64,000 bases of DNA. Source: Vairimorpha necatrix. Taxonomy: Eukaryota. Within the stretch, counting starts at the first letter, position 1. Every line of letters starts with the position of its first letter. The stretch spans positions 62,001-126,000 of the forward strand of contig CP142731.1 in NCBI GenBank assembly GCA_036630325.1, read 5' to 3'. The notes beneath the pieces were generated by a model that made no database searches, was not told where the DNA came from, and worked only from the letters and a program-made list of their open reading frames with translations. The position numbers and the translations under genes are program-made. Positions 12,349-24,166 of the stretch are shown here, in pieces.

Positions 12349-13048
12349 ATGAAAACAAGTAGGCTTGAACTTGTTGAATGGCTTAGAGATTTAGGAATAA
12401 ATATAAATAAAATAGAAGAAATAGGTCAAGGCACAGCAATATGCAAATTATTAAATCTTTTTCATCCCAATGTAACTTTCAATTATGTCAAAAATCCCTC
12501 ATCAAACTACGAATATCTCAAAAATCTCAAAGTTGCACAAAGCTTTTTCGCATAAAACAAGATAGACGTCAGATTCCTATTGAAAAACTAGTCCAATGTA
12601 AATTACAAGACAATATTGAATTTGCACAATGGTTATATAAATATTTTATAAAGAATTATAAACAAATCAAGAAAAATAACGAAGAGTCCACAATATTAAA
12701 TAATGAAGAAAGTGTTCGGGAAAAAAATAAAAAAGAAATTTTAGAAAATATAAAAAACATAATGAAGATCATAATGTGAAATTAGAAGATAAATATAATT
12801 TAGGTTTAGAAGAAAATATGAGACTTAAAAATGTTATTAAAAATCAAGAGTTAGAGTTTGCAACTTTAAAAAGTCAAAAGAGTCAAATAAAAAATGAAGA
12901 ATTACAAAAATTGATGGGAGATTTGGAAAAAAAACAGGGGTTTTTATTTTTATATTTTGGTTGATATTGAAAATTTTTTAATTGAATATTCGAATATTAA
13001 AAATATGTAAAAGAAGAAATCTTAAGTTTATTATACAAGAAAGAATAA
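12349..13048 (+). pseudogene. EB1: EB1/Bim1 microtubule plus-end-binding protein, disrupted
   Basis: CH-domain motifs SRLELVEWL, KIEEIGQGTAIC, YEYLKNLKVAQ and IPIEKLVQCKLQDNIEFAQWL, then a coiled coil and an EB-homology-like tail (LEK..FYFYILVDIEK..ILSLLY). In-frame TAA at 12553-12555 plus several frameshifts. gCCCCaATG start. Confidence 0.85.
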
Positions 13049-13298
13049 TGATTAATAGGATTTGACTTCCAATAAAAACCGCGCATTTTATATTTTCGAT
13101 AAAATTTTTTTTATAAATTTTTTTAATGCCTTTTAGCATTTATTTCTAATAATATTATGTATTTCATTATAGTTCATCTTCTTTCGACCTATTTTTATCT
13201 GGTGCTTCATTAATGTCTTATTATATTATCCGCTATTATAACATTTATTTGTAAGTATCTTGTGTATTATTTTAAGATAATACATTTAGATATCTTAA

Positions 13299-15222
13299 TA
13301 AATCTCCCTCAATGGATAAGTAAATTCTTAGAAGTCACTGTTAAAAGGTGGCACATTGAGATAAAATCAGGATCGGAAACGATACTGAATAAGAAGATTG
13401 AAAAAGGCATACTACAAGGTGATTCCTTGTCGCCGCTTTTGTTTGTACTATGTATGGACCCGTTGAGCAGGTAACTGAATTCAACTTGCCCAAAAGTAGG
13501 AATACAGACTCACGAAAGTGTTTATGTAACAGTCATCTTCTATTTATTGATGATCTTAGCTTCTCGAAGAAAACGATGTCGTTTTAAAACTGATGGATGA
13601 GGAAACTAAAAAGGTTTTCTCATCTGTAGGTTTAGAAATGAACAGAAGTAAGTCTGCAACTAACTGTAGTGATTGTAGTGAAGATGCAGTAGTACTAGAA
13701 GGGCATCAAGGATACAATACCTTGGAATAACAGAAGATGCCTCTAGTGCTATCAAAAGAGAGACTTTTGAAAAAGTAAGAAGTGAGATCCTACAGAGGGT
13801 TGAAAAACTGTGCAAGACTCAATTAAATGGTAAGAATATGATTCGAGCTATAAACGAGCATGCCATATCCGTAATAAACTATCATGTAGGATTATTAAAA
13901 TTAGAATTAATAGATTTCAAAAGTCTCGATTTTGATATCCGACAGGTACTTATCAAGTACCAGGTCCATCTACAGCCGGCCTGCAAGGAAAGACTATACT
14001 TACCTAGATTTGAAATTAATAGAGGGTAAAAAGTATCGAAGATAGTAGCGAAAGTATGCTTTTGAATATTTATAAAACATTAGATGGGTCTAGAATAGCT
14101 CACTAAGACGGGCAGCGATACTTAAAGTATTTTTAGAGAGCAAATCCCACTTGTTTATTATTAACGAGCATCTAAGGTTTAGCTGGCTTTTTAGGAGAGA
14201 TAACCCAAAAGATGCTAATAGAAGACTAAAAAGAAGCGCTTTAAACAAAATTGACATAATTACAAACCATGAAAAAATTTTTAAAGATAGGGACGATGAT
14301 TTAGTGTGCATTGGGGACTTTTCTACCTGGCTGGTTAGAGGAAACAATCCGACTAGACCCAAAGCAATTTACTGCTTCCTACAGGATAGATATTTTTTCT
14401 GTGGACAAGAGGGACAATGTCCCCATTGTGGATCTCATGGGAAGACCGTGGATCATTTAGCTACTAAGTGTGATCGAATGCTTGGTTTTGATTATATGAA
14501 AAGACACAACTAGATAGTTAGATGCATTCATCTCTCACTATGTATTAAATATGGGGTTTAAGAAGACAAAAAAATACGTGGACACTCGGTACAAGAGATC
14601 ATGGAAATGATCGTGCGGAAATAAGAGTAGATACGAGAATATTCATTAATATAAAGTTGACCATAATAAGCCTGATATTCTTGTGTTTGACAAGAAGAAG
14701 AAGAAACTTTAATAGTTGAAGTAGGTATAACCAAGCAGGTCGACTTACTATAGTTGAGAATGAAAAACTAAGAAAATATGACCTTCTTGCAAATGAACTG
14801 GGACTAATACATAAATCTTGGACAAGAATAGTTCCTTATGTAATGAAATGTGATGGAGTGGTGACCAAATATCACAGAAAGTACATCAGGAAGCTGAAAA
14901 CCCAACCCTATCTGAAAGCAAAAATCCAGTCTTTTTGACAAAGAAGACTTTAGAGTCCATCTCTTTGGAACGACGACGAGGATACGATCAGGAGGATGCA
15001 GGAGAAGAAGAAGTGGCTAAAGCTTTAAGCGCACTAGCGAATATGGTGACTGTTAAAGAAGTGGTGTCGCCAAAGATGAATGAAGCTGAAAATTCGGAGT
15101 TTAAAAACATAAAGAATTCCACAGAAACCAAAGTCTGTGAAGAGCTGAATCCCATGAGCGATACTTGGAGAGCTGTGCTGTGAATATTTAATCTTAATGA
15201 CAAATTAACTCAATAAATCAAC
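13299..15222 (+). mobile_element. 5'-truncated, decayed non-LTR retrotransposon (RT + CCHC + restriction-like endonuclease; R4/NeSL-like group)
   Basis: GILQGDSLSPLLF, HLLFIDD, CPHC..TVDHLATKC, RHN, PDILVFD..IVEVG..EKLRKY; many stops and frameshifts; homologous to 36322-38260 on the minus strand. Confidence 0.92.
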
Positions 15223-15263
15223 TATTAAATTATAAATGTAAATTTATTTTTAATTGGTATTAT

Positions 15264-15584
15264 TGTGAATTTAAAAATCAATAGTATGCAATTATGGCAT
15301 TTCACTGATATTAATGCATTTAGGATTATGTTTATTCTCAATACATATATATTGTCAAGTGACAGATCTCCAGTGGTCCTAAGATTACCCTGGAGACTAG
15401 AGAATACTATTCTATAAGTATTCTTCTCCTTTAGCAAACTATGTTTATGGAGGGAAAATGTACAATATTTCCCCGCCTATAAATATAAAAGAAAATCATA
15501 CCCTTGGGGGTATGAAGATGAAGAACAATAAATATTCTAAGTTTAAATCGTCTTCTCGGACAGATGGAAAACCATCAGTCCACA
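15264..15584. other. Hairpin-rich ~320-bp element, possible solo LTR or structured RNA
   Basis: TGTGAA...TCCACA ends, TATA-like (15478) and AATAAA (15527) motifs, and at least four stem-loops; no exact TSD. Confidence 0.35.
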
Positions 15585-16791
15585 TATATAATCTGTTTAA
15601 TGTAAAATGATCAAAATTAAAATTTTTAAATTACTATAATTTGTATATTTATACAATAGAGTTGTATTTTTTATACAATATTGGTTGTCTAATTACGAAG
15701 TTAATTTTTTTTTCTACTAAAAATCTACTCATTGCATTTGTTAAAGAAAATTGTAAGTTATAAGGGTTAAATTTATTAAATATATATATTCAAAAATCCC
15801 GCACTAAATTTAGAACTAAGTGATAAAATTATCTTTACTAATTTCTACGAATGCTACTTGGCTTTTAGAATAAAAAAAAATTTTTTATGTTTAGTGACAA
15901 TGGGCTGCGTTTTACTCTTCCGTTTTCCTCTAAACCTCCTTGTATTAATCTTTACGGTATTTTCTCTCGCTTTTAGAATAAATAAAGAATATGGCATGGG
16001 ATTTTTCTTTACCCATGTCTTCAAATAATAAAACCAACTTTTATCCGCCTATCTTATTCTTCAACTGCAATACAGTACTCTTTGATTTTTTTATCTTTTT
16101 AAATCTCTCTGGATTTTTGAACACTGGGGGTTCGGCTATCTTGCTACCATATCCTTAAATGTGAATAGTGGAATATACCACTTCCCCCAAATTGGACATA
16201 TCCTATGTTATATCTTATTAAAGTCATATATTTTCTTTCTTGCCATTCACAGCTCCTCTACGTCTTCACCTAACCGGGATTCGGCTGATACAAGTTAACA
16301 CCTTCTCTTTGTCGAAAACCAACCATCTTTATTTTGACCTAAATCATTTTTCTCACGTCTCATGAGTTGACGAGCTTACAATCTCTTCTTTTGTTTTTTA
16401 TTTGGATTCGATAATTTTTTATTCTTTACTTTGTTATAGATAATTGTCAATTTGGGGTTAAATATATTCCCAACAGGTATATTAAACATATATGTTTCTT
16501 TTCTTATGAGATAACAATACACTGATAGAGAACGACGTAGTTAAATATAGAAACAACAATTTTTTTTCTAAACTTGATGCATATGTAAAAGAATTGTAAA
16601 AAAAAAATTTAGCATTGTGCTGAGAAGGTTTAAAATAAAGTTAAAAAAATAGCAAATACCAACAATTTTTTCTTGGACCCCTATATATCATAAGAAACAT
16701 TACCTAAGAAAAAATTACATAATGTTATTTTTTTTTTCACAGAATATGAGCATGAAAATAATATCACAATTATATATCTTACATTTCAATA

Positions 16792-16910
16792 AAATTACAG
16801 CACCCTGCTTTTCCGAGCGGTCTCCCATCTCAGTACTCACAAGGCTCTTACTGGCTTAACTTCGGAGAGCTGACGAGTTCCGGTACTTTACAGTAGATAT
16901 GGCCGTAATT
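16792..16910 (-). rRNA. 5S rRNA
   Basis: ~119 nt reading aattacggccatatc...ccgaagttaagc...agtactgagatgggagacc...gctgtaatt, with complementary ends, box A/C-like internal promoter motifs and a following T run. Confidence 0.95.
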
Positions 16911-19900
16911 GATATTAGAACAGAATTTGACATATGTAATGCTTTATTTTTCTAATCCAAGAATATATTGTAAGCAACATAGTGGTAATGTAATTTTTCT
17001 CTTTATGTATCTTGTCAATTAAAAGAATCCAATTCATAAATTAAGGGTCATATGCCTGAATACAAATTTTTTAAGCAATTTTGTGAATATGCAAGAATTT
17101 CTTACCTACGGAGAATTAATATGGCAGGATATTGTATCAGAGAATTAAATTGTATCAATATTATTTTACATACACTTAGTTGAAGCAAAGATTTATACAT
17201 AACACTAAAAAGTAAAAATGAGGAAATAAATAAACATAATAGTATAATGTTAGATTTGCTCATTTCACTTTAAAACTCTAAGTTAAACTCTTTGGACCAA
17301 ATAAATATTTTTGCATCCTCATAAGATAAGATTTAAAAATTATTTTTTGACTTATGTGTAGTTTATGAAAATTTTTCATTTTAAATTTGAATTTAAGTGT
17401 TCCCAAGACTTGATTTTTATGCCTTAATATACCTTGAAGGGCGAATGGGACTCTTATAATTTTAGAAAGCAGACTTTTTAGAAAAATTTTTGGCCTGTTA
17501 ATGGTAAACAAAACTTCTTTGGAATTTTGTCTTTGCTTGTTATAAACGAATTGGCAGGAAAAGAGATGTATATCATTTACATTGTAATTATGTCAATATA
17601 AAATTTTCTAAATCATTTCTTTCCACTTACAAAAACTTTCTATTTTAATTTTAGGTATTATTTTTATATAAAAGTGCAATTCACCTAATCAAATTTCGCT
17701 TGTTCTATTATGTCAAGCAATATAAAAACAATTTATTAAAGAAATACTATACAGAATGATAAACACCTTAAAAAACATAATTTCTAAGGTATTAAGTATG
17801 TTCTGAACCAATTGTTTTGTAAAAAATACAAAAGAACAGAGCTCAAAAAATTAAAAAAAATTCAGAATAGAATTTCTGATGTAAAAGCGGCCTTTTAAAT
17901 TCTTTTTATCTACGGTAACACAATAAAACTTAGTTACATATTTAAATTTTTTTTTATTTTCATTTTTTATGATGGGAAATTATGACTCGTATTTTATTAG
18001 ATTTATTTCTTTTTGCATATTTATTGTATACTTGGGTTTCCCCACATTACGTTGAATGTTATTTTTGTTTAATACTAAATATTTACCCTGATTAAATGAT
18101 AGTAAACTAATTGCAGTTAAGTATCAAAAAAAACGATCGGTATTTATCAAGTATCATAATTATAGATATTATATCTTTTACTGAAAACGTCAAAACAAAA
18201 CATTTTATGTTCAATACTATTTTCCTAATCGAGATAAACCATAATGTAATTATTAAATTATTATTTTGATATAACCAAATAAGTAATGCTATGTGTGATT
18301 TTAGCCCTTTGCCATGAAGTTTATGTAAATTACATTTTTTAAAGCTTTATTCCAATTAAAAATTCCTTTTTGTTGAAAACTAAAAAGTTTTATCAAATAT
18401 AACATAATTTAAATGTGAAATGAATTCATTTCTTTAGATTATTTTCAGAATATACAAGAAACATAACTATTAAGAGCTGAAAGTTCTTTTATCTTCCGTT
18501 CCTTATTTTGTTTTCAGTCACAAAATAGCTTCCATTTTTCGGCGGTGATCAATTTCGGATTCCAAAGTCACAGTAGAGATTTCGACTGTATATATGCCCA
18601 GTGTGTACTTTTAACAAAAGATCCATTGCATATAAATTATGGGAACTTGTTATGATAACGCCTCAAAAATTGCATACGATTTATTCGAGACTTACATTTG
18701 CACAAGTTTACACTGTGATAATCAATCAAGTAGTAAATTGTTTATTCTTAGTCTCTATCGTATATATATTTTTAAATCATGAGATTCAAAAAATAAAGTT
18801 TACAATAACTTATGATTTTGTCTATAAATAAAATAAATAGCTCGTTGTATTAAATCAATTTATTCGTTTGTATCCCACTTTCTACTCTTAACTCTACATC
18901 TATATTTGCAAATCGCTTTTTGACAAACCAGTTTTAAATTTTGCTATGTGTTTTAATCATTTATTATAAACAAATATAAAAATCCCTAAGTAATGTTTTT
19001 TTTTTTGCGAAAATATCTATATTTTTTTTTATTATTTTGTTGAACCAAATTATAAGATGCACTAAAATATAATATTCCTAAATTTAGCTTTCTAAAAATT
19101 TTTAGTAAAAAATAGAAGAAATAGTAGATAAATATTTATTGAAATATACCACCATTGGCAATATTTTATAGTTTTTTCTGGGATATTTTTTTGTCATTCA
19201 TAGAAATTGATTTTCCCAATTTTATGCTCTAAAACTTACTAGTCTACTATAAAGTTTACAAAGATAGAACGACCTGTGCAAAATAATATTGAGGAAATGG
19301 GAAATATATGGGGTGAAAGATAAATGAAAATAAAAACCAAAGACCTTAAGTTGCATAAAGCTTTTGATCGAAATCCCCCTGCAAAAATAGAAACAGAGTT
19401 CGACAAAGGCGCGCATTATATACACATTGTTTAAATATATCTTGGTCTCTCGATCATAAAATGTAACCAAAAAATCATTAAAATTATCCATAAAACTTCA
19501 TACGATCAGAGATGAGAGCCCACGGCTATTTGATTTACGTCTTAAGATTAGAAAATTATGCATTAGCAATGTTATCATATTTTATGTTATTCTACAATAT
19601 TTTGTAAATCTTTTGGTTAACCTGAAGAGTTAAATTACAAACCCCCTAGAAAACTATTTTAAATAATCATGTTGTACTTTAAACTCTATAAACACAATTC
19701 CGTAACATGCTGGCCGAAACTTTTAAAAGATAAGATATCAAATAAAAAGTTATTGGGTTGGATGGTTACGAATTAAGAGGATTTCATTTTACATGTATAT
19801 ATAACTTTGCAGAACAACATGTTCTTAACAAAATTTAACTCGTGCATACAAAATGTATCTATCGATAACGTTAGTTTACGAGAGGTGGTGTATGTTATTA

Positions 19901-20449
19901 TATTCATGCAATTTTGAGACATATGATTCTAGAGAGCTCACAAAATAACCAATAAAACATTATTAGTAAATTAAAAATATACAGTTACAGTTTGATCTAG
20001 CTTATACCTGAAGCAATCTTGCATACAAATAAAGTTGTATTCTACTATTACAGGTAAAACAACAAGTTGAAGTTGAAAATTTTTAAGAATATTGTGTTTT
20101 AAAAAATCGGTTTATATTTATTATTTTTTATATGCGAGAATCAGATATCAGATCTCAGTCTATTATAAATTTTTTGCTTCACATCAAAGCATATTTTGCG
20201 ATCGATTTAATATCACAATCTGATTTATATCATTTTATATTATAACAATGTGATATTGAGTATTAAATGACTTTAAAAAAAATAAGATTTATAGAACCTT
20301 ATTTTTTATATTTGTATTGAATAATCTTTGCAAACTTACATGATTGTTGTTTATGAAAAACAGTAAAAACAAAAGACCTTACAATACAGTTTTAAATATT
20401 GCATGTCTAATAAACACTCCCGTAAACATAATTTTTTCTTTATTTTTAA

Positions 20450-22150
20450 GATGTCTAGTTCAATTTAGTTTGTAATTATTTCGGCATAATAGTCAAATTC
20501 TAACATATATAATAAGGTTTTATTATTATTTTTTTTATTACCTTTTCATGTTTTATTATTTTTTAATCGTCTTTAAATTTGTAAATAATTCACTAAAAAA
20601 AATTGAATATGCATTATATTATGAAAGTGCTAGTGTAATATCCTTACGAACATCTTATTTATCTTGCTGTATATATAATTACTGATCTAAAACAAGCCAT
20701 CTGTTATTCCGACTCAATACATGTTTCGATAATCTTACATATATCGATTTTGCACCATGCCTTAATTATAGAATAATATTTTAATATAATTATTTTTAAT
20801 GTCCAGATAAAAATAATCAACAACACTTTTCTTGTAAGTTTCGTCTAATAATAATTTTGCCACTCAATTTTAAATTTTTTAGTTTATCCTAAATCTTGAT
20901 TTCTTCTACATATGATATATTTTTGTCATTTACGAAAAACATCGTTCAGTATTGCTCGAATTTTGTCTTAATATAATTTGCTAAACCTTTTAGTGCGATA
21001 TTATCATCTTTTTAGAATGTTCTGGATTGACTAAGAATATTGTTTGTTATTTAATTTTATAGAAACTTTATATTTAGAAGGTATGATGCAATCAGTTCGT
21101 CAAAATATTTGCAAAATGTCATCAATGTTGATGCTTACTATTACTTGTAAATGCTGTTCTAGGAAAAATCGTATATTCTATCGGCATCTTTAATTATTTA
21201 ATATTTTATATCTTAAACGCATTTATATAATATGTCATTACTATAATTATATTTATCTATGATATTACTAATTATAAAACAATTTTTCCCGACTATACAT
21301 GTACAAGTTTTTTTCACACAAAAAAATTGTCGTTAATAATCATATTTATGTTTTCTCTGTCTGATTTATGTATTGTTAAATTTTTAGCTAGAATTAATAT
21401 ATTTTTTTTCATATAAAGTATAATTTGCTATAAGAGAATATAGCCGATGCCGTTTGTTTAAATTGTTTTTTAGTTTTAATAATATAATGAAAATTTTCGA
21501 GTCTTTTCTCATCGGTCAAGTTTCTAATCGTTAAATTTCATAACATTAAATTAAAAATTCAGAGAATGCTCTTTATCGAATTCAGACTTTTAAATTTATT
21601 TTGGTCGTTTTTATATATTAAAAATATTCCTTCAAATTTTTCTTAAATGTTATTTTTTAAGAATTTATTGCTAATTTTGAAATTTATTATTGATGGCTTA
21701 ATCATATACGTTATAAATTTAGAAAATTTGGTTTAAATACAATATTTTTAAAATAATTCCGTTTGAGTTTGTATAATGTCACAAGTTTTGACAATGGTTT
21801 TCCGTCATTTTTAGTTATATCTGAAATGTTTATAGGCAATCATTATATAGTTCGTTAAATTTTTAATCTAATATACAACAAATACTTTATTTAAAGCGAA
21901 TCTTAATGTGGTAGATTGTCTCATAATCTTTTACAAGTAAAGCATTTCTGATTTATAGATATTCGACAAAAAGTCAATCTGTATGTTTTAGTTTCAAGAC
22001 TCAAATAATTCAAAATTGAATTAAAATGATAATCAAAAACGTTTTTATCATAAATTTTGCATCTTTCTGATTTATTCTCTATCACACTTTTTTTTTTAAT
22101 CTTCTTTTATAATAGCACAACCAACTTACAGACCGTATACAAATTAATAT
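20450..22150 (-). pseudogene. Heavily decayed gene, possibly a family A paralog
   Basis: Minus-strand fragments SVIENKSERCKIYD, NKVFVVY and YFDELIASYLL fall in the same order as family A motifs IIKNKVDNKDYIVYD, TVLVY/KILVY and LFEELLKSSDLL. Boundaries approximate. Confidence 0.3.
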
Positions 22151-24166
22151 AACTTTATATATAAATAAATTTATTTTTTTGAAACTCTTGGCAATAAGTC
22201 TATTAATGAATTATTATAATTAAAATGGGAAATGTAATTATTCATGATTTTATACATCGGCCGGATGATTGAAATTTTTAAAAAGATATTTGTATATTTA
22301 TTATATATTAAATATTGCTAAGAAATTTATGGACATGTCCTGTTACAACTAATTATATTGATTCTGATATTCGGTTTTTAGAGTATAGTATGTTTAGTCT
22401 CGTTGTAAAAATTTTATTGGCTTGTAAAAAATCAGAAAATTAATTTTCCTAAATTTTCATTTGAGCAAATTTATTCTAAACAGTTAAATAGCGAAAAACT
22501 TATTATATTTAAAGCTTATACAAAAATTATAAAAATTTCAAGACAATATACATTTTTTTTCTTGAAAAATATACGTAAAGAAGTAACTTGTGGTCTACTA
22601 TAATGATTGTTGACGATTTTTCATACTTTAAATCATGATTTTTGGCTAGTTTTAAAATTTAAACTTTTTAATAAAAAACTAAATTTATAGAATCATTTAT
22701 TATTTAGATTTTATTTATATTTTTTTATGATATATCATAAATCTATCATAAACATTTAACTTCATTGTTATAAATTAAGGGATCAATACAAGTTGTTCTA
22801 TGAAAATCGATAAAGTATGTGTAAATGTATGTGTCCTGTTTTTATGCTAAAAAGCTTAAAGATTTCAAAACAATTTTAATGTTAAAACTACACATGGTAT
22901 AAAAAACTAATAATGAATATATACTATATTGAAAACATATTTTATTCTGTTAAAAAAAACTCTATTAAAACAATTCAACAGAATCAATGTATAATACTTA
23001 TCAATTAGCACAAAATAAAACTACTCTAACGATTTGATAATATAAAAAAAAATCCGGTATTTTACGTATAGTAAAAAAAACTAAATAGGGGCATGACGTT
23101 AAAAATAAGAAATATGATGCTTATATAAAAATTTTTCAAGTTCAAAAACTATGAAATAAAAACCAATTACCTTTGACGACAAATTTAAATTAACATGATA
23201 AAAAAGAATAAATTAGAAAAAAAAACATTAGATTGCATACAATTATAATCTGTACTCTAAACTAACGTTCTAATGTTTTATACTTAGTACGTAAAGTTGA
23301 TTTATCATGAACATATGTATAAAATAGTATTTATTTTGTTTAAAACAAACATCAGATTGTCTTCTTGGTGTGTTTATGTTGAAAAGAATATTAAAATAAA
23401 CATATTGAATTTTAAATTGTAACACTACATGATCATAAAGAAATAAACACTTAAAAGGAGAATGATTATATTTTTTTTAATATAACAATGAAATCTAGAT
23501 TATTTATAAGTATGTAAACTTCTATGCTTTAAAGTTTGTTTTAGTTTTACGAACTTAATAAGTGTTTTGGTCGTAAAACCATCCTTACATTAACAACACG
23601 TCTTCGATGAACTAAAAAAGAACCCATTGTTAATAAAAAAACCAAATGTGATCTATCAAACTTTGATCAACATTACTGCTTCACATAGGGAAATATTTTA
23701 GACAATATCTGTCATATATGTCTTAAAAACATGTTTAGGATCTCAAGTAGACTGTCACGATGAGTCACCCAAAGAAACAAACTGAAGTTGTGCACTTGTT
23801 ACTACATTCGTAATTACGACAATGTCTGTAGTTTAGTGTTGATAGCAAAGAATAAATTCAAAAACAACATTAAAGAAAGTTTGTGTTTGAAAGGTATGAA
23901 ATACACAGAAAACAAATACATTAATAAAATAACTAAAATAAGAACTATTTTATAATTAAAAGTGTAAAAGGCTTTGTTGAGAAAACACGACAAAACTGAG
24001 ATCTAAAATGGAAAAGAAATATTTTTTATATTTTAAACTCATCTAGCCATATATTTTAGATTGTTTGTTGACAATATTAAGTTAGCACAAAAACTTTCGA
24101 AAGTACTTAATTAATTTAACGTGCGTCTTTAATTTTATAATTAGAAAAAAAATTTATTTTTCTATA

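Noticed and set aside
15880..16460. GC-richer, purine-biased minus-strand stretch that might be a decayed gag or other gene
   Set aside because: No zinc knuckle, protease or other diagnostic motif found.
19222..19500. 89-aa minus ORF, and plus-strand KAFDR / YLGLSI RT-like words
   Set aside because: The motifs are far too close together for RT spacing, and the ORF has no supporting features.
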